Below are positions 21,090 through 32,812 of a DNA stretch of 64,000 nt, one piece after another. The stretch is from NCBI GenBank assembly GCA_051362555.1, contig CM120644.1, positions 23,458,534 through 23,522,533 of the forward strand. Reading direction: 5' to 3'. A program made the position numbers and the translations under genes. The notes below the pieces were generated by a model, which worked only from the letters and a program-made list of their open reading frames with translations, ran no database searches and was not told where the DNA came from. This stretch comes from Lingula anatina. Lineage: Eukaryota; Animalia; Brachiopoda. Position 1 is the stretch's first letter. Each line of letters opens with the position of its first letter.

Positions 21090-23397
21090 GTGTCAAGGTG
21101 ACGATCGAGCGAACCGGTCACGTGAAGAAACCGTCGTCGTGAATAAACCGTTCTGACGGATTTTTCATGCGGGGGTAGCAGTCCGTGAATAAACCGTCGT
21201 CGTGAATAAACCGCCGTGCCGCGCTGGTCATGCTGCTTACCTGGCCATTGTTCTCCAGTTTTATTACGCAATTTGGAGGCACTGTACAGTACCGATCCCC
21301 ATATATATATATCACACCTTACCTGGTTATTGTTCTCAAGATACGCCGGTTAGACACTACAGGTACTACAGCTGTTGTAAGAACCTAGATGAGATCGTTC
21401 AAATTTTGTCCTTTGTATTATGGGTCAAGTTTATCTGTTAGTGTTAGGCAGGCCTATAAATAATTTTGTTTAGCTACTATTTATGCATTTTTCTTTACTT
21501 TATGTAAATAATATTTTGGCCTGTCTTGCCGAAGTAGTTTATTGCGGTAACCTTAGACAGCAACCAGATCCTTAAACAATTAAGACGAGAGAACTTTTAA
21601 CCAACATACCTGGGTAGCCTTGTGAGTACACAGATTGTTGATATTTAAGAAATCCCTTAAATAATTTTCAGTTGACTTCCATGCCAACTTCAGGAATATA
21701 TTTGAAAAACAGAGATTTAAAGTTAAGAAGTATTTATTGATACAGACAAAAGTCGCAATTAAATGTAATTTAATGTTTTTTCCATTCAATTCTAGTGCCA
21801 AATTGAGACTTGGATGAATTTTTGAGATCATGTATGGTATATGTCCACCAATATAAAACTATAAAACTATAAATCAAACTCAATTAATTGTTATATTTCT
21901 CATTGCTTTATGACAACATGAATGATAAATGTTCACATATATTTTCAAAATAATAATAATAATAACTTCTAAACAGATATCAAAGCAAGGGCAAAAGTCA
22001 AACCAAAGATAGACCAAACATCTTTTTTGACACATATAACAACATGACAAAATGTGGCCCAAATCAGCGAAAACAAAAATTCTTTTCAGCCATCATTCAA
22101 ATGCTTTCATAATTTTCTTAATTTTGCGCACAATTTTGTACAGTTTTCAACCTTTTTGAAACAATATGTTAAGGGTAAATTTACATTTCAGAAAATGTTT
22201 TAGACTTTTGTTCCCAGCAGACGTTGTTAAAACATCCTTAAATGTAATTGTAATATTTCTTATTTTTTTATATTTTATCAAGTTTATGATGGCACTATTT
22301 CCATGTACCCTAGGTTCTAGATTTAGCTATTGCCAACTCGATCTTGATTTCATATATAGCACACATCAACAAAACACCGTAAAGCTAACACATGAAAAGG
22401 TATAGTAAACAAGCTAGCTTTATAGTGTCCTGACCCTATGGGCATTCCTATGTGGTTTTCTAGAAATTTTAAAATGTGCTTATGTTTAAGATTAGCAAAA
22501 TTAAAAAAGAACACAGTATATGATACAAAATATAAAATGTTTATTTGTCGATGTGAAAATATAGAACAAATACAACAAGTAATCATCATAATACACACAA
22601 ACACACACTAAAATTTTAACAGAATTTTAGAATCAAATTCAAAAGAAACTTATTGGGTTGGGTTTCCAACTCCACCTGTATTTTATACCTAACACTCCAT
22701 ATGGAATTCCATTGATTGTGTAACTGTCTTTACTATGAAATTAAAAACTTCAAAGACTTGAATACTTAAAAAAAAGAAAAGAAAACAGTAGTGGATCTCA
22801 CTATGTACAGTGGCACATATACAAGTTCTGTCAGTTGTTGCTGCAATTCTAGGTGGCTTACATTTCAAAACTGTCAATTACCAACAAAAATAATTGTTAG
22901 CAAAATAAATGGCTGTCAGATGTGTTCAATTCAATTCAATGTTAATAAATATTCAACAGTAATTCTTATTATAATGACTAATTTTTCCCAATGCACATAG
23001 GGCACACGAAAACAAGTTTTTGTAAATTTTTTTTAGTGGCCTTTACGTTAGCACACACTGTATGACACCAAGATGTACAGACATTACATTGTATCCATTT
23101 GTGATAGTTATCATTTTTACAAAATGGAATGTCACATATCCTTTCCTCACTTTTCCTTGCATCTCGTAATAGTCGCTTCTTAGCGTAGGTCCTAAAGGGC
23201 TGGCAGAGGGATTGGTTGATTGAATTTAAATCAGCACCCTTAATAACTGTTTCTGCATTCTGGAATTACATAAAAACAAAAATGTTACAAGCAAGTTTGG
23301 TTTTAAAAGATGCCCAGACAATCGTGATAAGATTGTAGCCCTAGCTCATTCTACTTTTCATCAAATTATGAATTGCTCTTTGAACAAGTGAAATCTT

Positions 23398-23657
23398 GAT
23401 CAGAAATGTTCATTAGCAGCTTGGTTGTTGGATATAAATGAAATTCTCAAACACAAGCCTCAATTTTTTTCATACCGTTAGCTTACGGCCAACCTGGTCG
23501 GAGGCCTGAAGGTGAGAAGTTGTTCACACTCACTGACCGCTAGGTGGTCAGTGAGTGTGAACAACTTCTCACGCCAGTCTGATGAAGGCCTTCGACCAGG
23601 TTGGCCGTAAGCTAACGGTATGAAAAAAATTGAGGCTTGTGTTTGAGAATTTCATGT
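23398..23657. mobile_element. Near-perfect ~218-bp foldback with a hammerhead-like core; probable Penelope-like element remnant
   Basis: Arms 23438-~23538 and ~23546-23655 are reverse complements. Contains CTGATGAaGGCC...GGCCGTAAgct (23579-23613). Flanked by near-direct repeats acaagtgaa(a/t)tctt (23384-23397; 23658-23671). Confidence 0.55.
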
Positions 23658-24111
23658 ACAAGTGAATTCTTCTTTGATAGCTGAAGATTTAGGGCAAGTT
23701 AGAACTGGTAGGTTTGGTTAAGTTGCAATCAACCCAGAGAAAATTTTCTTTCATGCCCTTATTGCCACTATATTTTGCAATACAATTAATCGATAAAAGA
23801 ATTTTTAACATTTCCTCATATATAAAAAAAAGATGGAAGTCTCACTCAAAATAAATCTATTTACTCTTAGTCACCATTATACTATATAGATACTGGATGG
23901 ATGATTATATTAAGGAGCATAACTTACCATCAGAACAAACACTCCACAATCACTGCATCCTACTTGCTCGTTAGACTTCATACCAGCTGAAACCCAGTCT
24001 TCTGTGATATCTCTTGGCACCTTTTTTTGCCTGATTTCCCAAAACCTCCTGAAAAAGTAAAAGATGATAAGCAAAAGGATATTGTAGCAGATATAATTAG
24101 TCTAAATTATC

Positions 24112-24714
24112 AACAAGGCAGCAAAGCTGTCAAATGTACAGACAAAAAACAGAAAATAATGTACAATATAGGTCATTTTGCCAATTTTGATGCAATAATA
24201 ATGCTTATAATAGCACTGTTAGTCAACACTGAATTTTAATCATGCACAACAGGTAACATGGTCAATAACAGGAGCTGACCCAGAGATATTTTCTGACAGT
24301 ATTTCAAAGTATCTTTGTTGATCCATCCTCTATTTTGATGATCTTCCAACAGAAAAAAATAATAAATATCAGTCAATATAAACTTAAAAATCCTAACGTC
24401 TTCTGGAAGCTGACCCAGAAGATGGTCTCAATCCATCCCTTCAATAAGATTACAGTATCAGGACCATGAGAGACCAAAGTCACATGATGAAAGTCTCAAT
24501 ATTTGAAAAATGATGACAGTGCATAAAATATTACATAATGTTTGAAAACATAAATAACATACAACTGCTTATGTGGAAATACAGAAAATGTGCAGAGCTT
24601 CAGGCGGTTAAATATCACAAATGCAAGTGTTTGAGAAAAAAGTTATTAAGGAAAATAAACAAAACTAGAAAAGCACTCCGAGAGTGCAGACCTCTGCCCA
24701 GGCAGCAATTGTTG

Positions 24715-24755
<41 letters not shown>

Positions 24756-27456
24756 CCTGCATAATTTACCTCCATAATTATCACTGCTTCCTTATTATTA
24801 ATCTAGCAGAGAGCTTAACCTTTGGGAGTTTACAGGGAGATATCAACAAGTGTGCTTTATGTAATCTCATTTAATGGCCTATTAATAATCAATTAGGCAA
24901 ATTACTTTATATCTCAGAGCTTAGCTAAGTGATACCCAAGGGAAATTTACAGACTGACCCTCTCAAAGACCCTTCAGGCCCATAAGTCACATCTTAAGAA
25001 AAGCACAAAACAATAATGCACAAAATAGGAGACTACCAATTCTGATGAAATGATACATTATGTTTAACTGCAAAGTCAACATCTTATTTTAATTATGCAC
25101 AGCAGGTAACACCGACCAAAGTAAAAGCATAAGGCTTCAGGCCCATCAGAGTTCAAGTTTATACTTAGAAAGTGCCAGAATAAAAAAATGAAAATTTCAC
25201 ACAAAATTGCATAAATTCAATAATAAACGATAACCCAATTGACCTAGCTTTCTAATTTTAACTGCATGCCAATCCTAAAAATCATTCTCATAAGTTAAAA
25301 ATAATAATAAGTAACACAGTTTGCTTTTCATAATGTTTGCAGTAACAGTGCAAAAAGATTATTGTAAATTTTGATGTAACATTGCATAATAAATTATAGA
25401 ATAATTATCACCAATTTTTGATTATTGATTACAAATAGCATGGACATGTAGAAAATTTCATTACCATTAGGCTTCATGTCCATGGGAGCTCCGAGTCCCA
25501 CAATGAATATGCCAAAAAGTTAATGAATATTTCACTCAAATGTATAACTTCCAGAAAAAGAAGCCAATTAGACTGCTTTTCCAACTCAGGCTGCATTTTA
25601 GTACAGTATTTCTTTTTTTAAGGTTTGACAGTCATAAGTAACACGGTTTTCCCTTCATGGTCATCATGGCAGCAGCACCAAAAATTGTGTTTTCTTCTAT
25701 TTTGAAGCAACATTACATAATGCTTAACAGCATATATGACCATCAATTTTTATTTAATAGAATATTAGTAACATGGACTTTCAGAAAACATGACAAGCAA
25801 AGGTCTTCAGAATCATGGAACTTCAAAGTCACACCTTGAAAATGCCAATAAGTGAAAAATTAAATTTTCACAAAAAACTGTTTAACTGCCAGAAAAAATT
25901 ACCAAACAGACTGCATTGCCTACTGAAGCTGTATTTTAGACCCACATTTCTTTCCTGTAAGTTTGATAACAGTAAGTGACATGATTTTCTTTAAATGGTC
26001 ATCGTGGGAGCAGTGCCCAAAATATGGGTTTCTTCGAATCTTGATGCAATATTACATAATGTTTAACAGCATAATGACCATCAATTTTTAATCATAAAAT
26101 ATTAGTATCATGGATATTCAGAAAATGTGACTAGCAAAGATCTGCAGGCTCATGGAACTTCAAAGTCACATCTTAAAAATGCCAAACTGAAAAAAAGACA
26201 GCACTGTTCTGAAATGGGTTTATTTCCATTTTAACACTTTTTAAACAAAACAAAATAAACAGTATACTTCCATTTTCATATGACCAACTAAGAAAATTGA
26301 TGAGATGGGAAAAATATCAATAGAACAGTGTTAAATGTCCAATTTCCTCCATTCTGAGATTCTGAACATAGTTGATGATTGAATCTAACAAACTGCAATA
26401 TGATATGATATGAGTTTATTTCCATTTTTGACACTTTATTACACAATACACGATATCAAGTTTACCATCATTTTTACATAATCAACTAACAATGTTGTAA
26501 AGATGCAGGAAATATCAAACAAACACTTTTACGTATCTTATTAGTTAAATAATGAGACTGTTAACATGCTTAAGAATGGAATCTGAAGAAATATGAAAAA
26601 AACAGCATAACTTCTAAAATAATGGCCAGATAATGCTGATTTTCCGACTCAACCTGCATTTTAGTAAGATTGACCACTCCTGTAAGTATAATGACAATTG
26701 GCCAATCTGTTTTTCTTATATAGTGTTATCAGTGTTGCATATATGTTGAAAAAAGTGAAAAAATAGCATAACTCCCATAAAAATGGCTTGATCATGCTGA
26801 TTTTCGAACTTGATCTGCGGATTATGAATCTTCATCAGTTTTATAAGTTTGAAGCCAAAAAGTAAAGCGGTTTTCCACTTATCGTGTTATCAGTGCTGCA
26901 TATATGCTGAAAAAAAGTTTAAAAAAACAGCATAACTTCCCTACAAGTCCCCCGATCATGCTGATTTTCGAACTTGACCTGCGTATTATGAATATTCATC
27001 AGTTCTGTAAGTTTCAAGTCAAAAGGTAAAATGGTTTTCCTCTTATCGTGTTATCAGTGCTGCATACATGCTGAAAAAGTGAAAAAACAGCATAAATTCC
27101 CTAAAAGTAACCCGATCATGCTGATTTTCGAACTTGACTTGCGTATTATGAATATTCATCAGTTCTGTAAGTTTCAAGTCAAAAGGTAAAATGGTTTTCC
27201 ACTTATCGTGTTATCGGTGCTGCATATATGCTGAAAAAAGTGAAAAAACAGCATAAATTTCCTAAAAGTGACCCGATCATGCTGATTTTCGAACTTGACC
27301 TGCGTATTATGAATATTCATCAGTTCTGCAAGTTTCAAGTCAAAAGGTAAAATGGTTTTCCACTTATCGTGTTATCGGTAAAAGTGCACGGCGACGGCGA
27401 CGACAGACGCAGATGATGGCTATATGTACAGACACATCTGTGTCTGTACATAAAAA
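24112..27456 (-). mobile_element. HINE copy B, in a Ginger intron
   Basis: Starts aacaaggcagcaaagctgtcaaatgtacagaca (hairpin + subTIR) and ends atgtacagacacatctgtgtctgtacataaaaa. Contains ~161-bp tandem units at 26790-27380 and a nested second-family end at 24662-24710. Confidence 0.82.
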
Positions 27457-30400
27457 TAATCAAAATATGACTACTGTGTCATTTAAGATTATGTAAACAT
27501 GTGACAAAGAAAGGGACAAAGATGCTGCAATTAGAAGGTCAGAGTGCTCAAATTTTATCATTGTAACCAGCTACAGGATGTTCTTAACTACAGTTGTATA
27601 ATTAATACGATTATCAAACATAAGTCATTACCACAAAGGTATCATGACAGCAGCAAAGACTCTTAACACAACTTTTTAAATAATACTCACATCCTGGTAG
27701 AGCCAATGATCAAAATGATTTTTCTCCCAAAGAGTTGCCAAAAAGCAAGGGAACACATAGGTCGGGGTTTTGTCTGCCCATGATGCCTGCTGTGCAATCA
27801 GTCCAAGATAGCCATGGACCACCTAAAAATAATTGTGAATTGTGGTACATTACTCAAAAGTGAAAATCTATCAAGGAGCTACTTTTCATACAACTACAGC
27901 AAACTAATTACAACCAGAAAGTGAAATATTTACGCGGGAAAACGCCATTCCATGTTAAAGTTCAAACCCCAAATATAATGGCAATTTAATTTTCACTATA
28001 ATTTCTATTTATAAAATGTGGGTGCAAGTAAGATTGAAATATGCATAAAATTTCCTTGTCACTTAAGTGCTGTAGTTATCAATTTCTATTGGTGGTTAAA
28101 AAATCATAAACCATTATATAAGCACAAAAAATTTGATGTCTTATTCTCATGCATTTCGGACAAATATTAACCATTTGATTGCACCCACTTTGCTGAATAT
28201 GAAATAACTTACGTTGTCATTCAACCATTCTTTCCCATCCAATGTTCTTAAGTCACCCATCTCTAAAGTGTTGTCACCAATAACTAACTTTGCGTCTGGT
28301 TTTGGTGCGGAATAATCTTCTAATTCTGGTCCATCTACGAAGTGTTCGGGGAGTGGTTCATCTCCAAGAAGCAGAGGGGGTTCTTCAACAGGTTCGGTGG
28401 AGTGGTCAGGTTCACTAGGTGTCACAATGTCAACTGCAACATCAAGTTTCGGTTTCTTGTGTAGATGTGACTCCAAATGAGGCTTCAGCTGTGAAAAAAA
28501 TAAAAAATTAATTCCCACTATGTCATTGCACTTCTTCATTTCATTTTCATGCTGAATAAAAGGACAATAATATGATGCTGAACATGATGATTAGACCTCT
28601 GTTTTGTTTTAACAAACAATAATAATAATAATAATAATAATAATCCAAATTTAATGAAGGAAAGACGTTTTGTTCAACTATCCAAATAATAAAAAACCCA
28701 GGCCAATAGTTACTACATCACACTTTTCCAGAAGTTTTTAACTTACTTGTAAGGTCCTATCCAGAAGTGTTCTAGTTTTCCTCCCTTTCTCCCGACGTTT
28801 TTCATCTGTCTCTTCAAAACAGTATCACCAACCTCCAACTGAAATGTCTTTACCCCCTTGGCTTTTCTTTTAGCGTATGTTTCCCTCTGTCTGGTCTTTG
28901 CCTTCTCAACATTTTCATCCACCTAATAAAACATGAAAACATTAGGATCAATTGCACAGAAATGTCACCACATTTCAAAATGTCAGAAATAGTTGAAAAC
29001 TTGATCAATCCTTTGACCCTATTTTTAATGTTAACATATGTTCAGCATAGTCCAATTTTTCAGCTTGTTCTGGTACTTTTTTTTTAATTGCCCATTTAAC
29101 TTCAGTGGCAAACAATAGCTGACAATTAGGGATACCAATTAAAGCTACAGACTACTCTTCATACCATTGTTGTAACTGAACTTAATAAAAACCACTATTG
29201 TCAAAGTCTCTAGAATAGGTGAATAGTATTCGTCCCCAAGTAAGAAATATACTGTTTTAACAACCAAATAATGATGGATTTACTGACATTATCTATACAT
29301 GGGCTGTTATACTTACAGCTTTCTTGGTGACCTCCATTAGAGCAGCCCTTTGTTGGACCATTTCGTCAATTTGTTCTTCAATGACAACCTGCTCCTCAAC
29401 TCTGTCTGTCGCATCCATCTAGTAAATCAAATATGCATGTTAAAAATACATCTCATACCTAATTTAGCATGTTAAATGTTTTAAGTGATATAATAGTAAA
29501 TATTGGATCTCTTATTGTTGGAGTAACTTAAACTAATCATGCTGAACTAAATAAGCTATTTTTGGAAGTATTTCAGAAATATAATTATTACTGACAGAGA
29601 ATACTACAATAACAAAAGTAATAAATGGCACTCTTATTATTTAACAAATTGGCTTTTGGTTCTTAATGGAAATGTTTTTTCATGAAACTGATTTAGAATA
29701 TATACTTATTTCAAAACTAATTTCAAGTGTTTCATGTTATGATACTAAGGCTGGGTTTTCCTCACTTACCAATCTTAACCTCTCTCGGGGACCTTGGATG
29801 TCGCCCAAACATTAAAAAAAAAAGGAGTAAATTTAGTCGTGGCTTGCTTCTGTGTCCTTATGCTATAGGCCACATCTTCTAAAAACTGGTCCCAGTTATT
29901 CTGGTGGTCGTTTACCAGTTTGCTAAGACGTGCTTTGAGAGTTTGATTGGTTCTCTCATCCAATCCATTTGTTTGCGGATGGTAAGCACTGGTCACAGAA
30001 CGACTTATGTTTAATGCCTTGCACATCTCCATGTTGATGGCTGCAACAAACTCTCGCCCCTGATCTGAGAGTAAGCGTTTTGGGGCACCCCACCTTAAAT
30101 ATAAAAAGTCAAACCATGATAAAAAAATCTGCAGTATATATTTCCCTCAACCATACTAATAACTACAGGAAGTTCACTGCCAATAAACAAAAAGCAACCC
30201 CTTAGCGGTGCAACAAATGCAAAATCTAGTAGTCTTAGTGTTCGAGTTCAACAGGTTGATTTGCAAATTGAAAAATACTCAGCATTGAAAGTGTAAAGTA
30301 GTGAAGTTTCAGAAAAAATCCATTTGTTGAGTAAAATTATGACCAGTCAATAAAGGACAAGACATCATTCTCATAAAAGTATCCATAAGCATGGTACAAT

Positions 30401-32214
30401 AATTATTTGTATCCTAGCGTTTGAAACAACTGGATGAAGTATGTTTACATACATTCACAGCCATAGTGTCTAGCAAGACTCTATAAAGCACATGCACTGA
30501 CCTGCACACAAAAGTCCTTATGTGAAGGGCCACTCCAGCAGCACTTTTGTCGGACAAAGGGTAAAAATCAACAAATTTTGTAAAATGTCAGAATATACTT
30601 GTGTCCATTCTGGGTGGTTGGTAGAGGACCTGGAAATGAGCATATTGAAAACTGTCATGCAAATAATACTATTATTGAAAGGAAATAATGTTGTTGTAGA
30701 CATTCCAACTCGATTCAATTTATAATTGACTAAAGGAGCAGCATTTGGGGAATGACATTTTTATGCTTTAAATTTCTTTTAACTGTACATTTTCAGAACC
30801 ACTTATCAGATAATTTGAACAGAGCTTAGACTATATACCTATCAAATCCATTCCAACCAATTCCATCGCTTCTGTCACTGTGATGGGCTTTAACTCTGGG
30901 CTCTGCGTCTTGATGTGAGACTGTTTTTGGCATTTGTCACAAGCCTGTATCTGTAATTATATATACATGATTGTATAACATTTGAGCAATTCATGCATTT
31001 ACAATCATTTTTGGTATATTAATTATGTTATACAAAAAAGAAGCAGAATAAAAAAAAATGAAAAGTGCAGTGTTCATTTGTTTACAAAATTGTTTTTGGT
31101 TACAAACAAATTAATACAATTGCAAAATATACAGCAGTAAAAGATTGGCTTTAATTTAAGCAAAGGATCACAATTTAAACAACCCATAAACACTCGCACA
31201 GTAAACTCACATATTCCATGACATCTTCCTTCATTCGGCTCCACATAAAATGTGCCCGAATCTTTGTCAAGGTGGCATTGATACCGCTGTGACCCCCAGT
31301 TGCAGATGAATGGTATTCATGTAAGATGTCTTTGACTTCTTCTAGATCCAAAATTACCCTTTGCTGATTTCCATCTTTACCAACATAGTAAAGATTTTCT
31401 CCTAAAAAATAAACAATTTCAATTTTTTAATATACATTAAGTTGTGACATTAAGTTCAAACTGTCTGAAAAATAATTAAGATATAGGTTGCAAATTGTCT
31501 GAGTTTTGTAAAAATCAAAACACCCAGTCAAGAAATCTTGCAATTTTATTGTCACCATGTCCAGCAAGACAAAAAATATATATGAGATTTTCCTGGCAAA
31601 TGGTATTTTTAATACCTTATATTTAATTGGGGATATAATGAACAAAGCTACAAAAATTACAAATAGGGTCAAAATCAATGTCAAAATTCCATATGTCAAA
31701 AAGTTGGATGTGGCTTAACATGAAAATCTCCCCCATTCAAAATTTCATATAAAAAGCCTGACTCCACCCCCACGAAATTTTGAGTCCCCCTCACAAAACT
31801 TTATAAATCTTATTTTATTTGAGTATATTACTTTTATTTAATAGTATGCATAATTGAGGATACATTGGCACATTTTGAAATTTTATTTTAGAAAATAATA
31901 AAATTAAAAATGTTTATTTTTTCACCTAATGACTCCTATGAAAAGGCTAAGGGAGTTCAAATCCTTCAGGTAATAAGATGAATACTTGTTTCAAAAATTA
32001 TCAATTTTCACCAAAAATTTCACCACCAAACTTTTAACTAACAAAATATCTGTCATATGCAAATCATGTGGAAAACAATGGTATGGTGTCTGAATATAAA
32101 ATAGGGCTTTTTCTTAATGGGAGTTCAAATGAATGGGATATATATATATATATATATTTCATTTTTACAACCAATATTTTACCACCAAGCTTTCAATACA
32201 CATAATAATTTTAC

Positions 32215-32810
32215 CTTTTTTAAAGAGAGGAAAATCAGTTGTAGACAGCATTATTACTCCACATGAGAATTTGTCCAAAGTTACAGACTTAAGGGTACAT
32301 ACAATGAGTGACTATATAGAGAATCACAATCTACAGGACCTTTTAAGTGAAAGATGTAAACATCCCAATCACTCAATATTGGAAAATACACTGAAACGCC
32401 TTTATGGATAACTTAGGTTGCACAATATAAACCAAAACAAACAAATAATTAGTAACAGTAGTGGCTGTAGAATATACAAGTTTAAAGAAGGTAAAAGTGA
32501 CATCTTTACGTCAGATATATCAAGGCTAGCAATCAAACAGATTATACATAGTATGGAACTAATGAGGGAAAGTCAAAATGAAGTTGACTATATGTATGAA
32601 CTTGTAGTTAAAGAATTATTTAATGAAATGAATGCCACTGTTCCCTTTGTTGATATGAAAATGGTGGGAAATAAAAAAAAAAGTTGAGAATATCCAAACC
32701 ATATTGGTGTGACGAATTAACTGATCTATGGAAACTTATGCATGATGGCTATACTCTGTTATAATTTACTAAGAGATTAAAACAGAAAAATACAGGGACT
32801 AACTTTAAAT
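32215..32810 (+). pseudogene. Decayed LINE fragment (endonuclease C-terminus/linker)
   Basis: RGKSVVDSIITPH...KHPNHSIL resembles the APE GxSVVDY...PDHS motif, with KPYWCDELTDLWK downstream. Contains stops and frameshifts and is cut by the HINE at 32813. Confidence 0.55.
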
Positions 32811-32812
32811 GT

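Noticed and set aside
29775-31401. Integrase fragments as a decayed Gypsy LTR element
   Set aside because: The pieces are bounded by phase-compatible GT-AG sites, and no RT, RNase H, gag or LTR is present; this fits a spliced Ginger gene.
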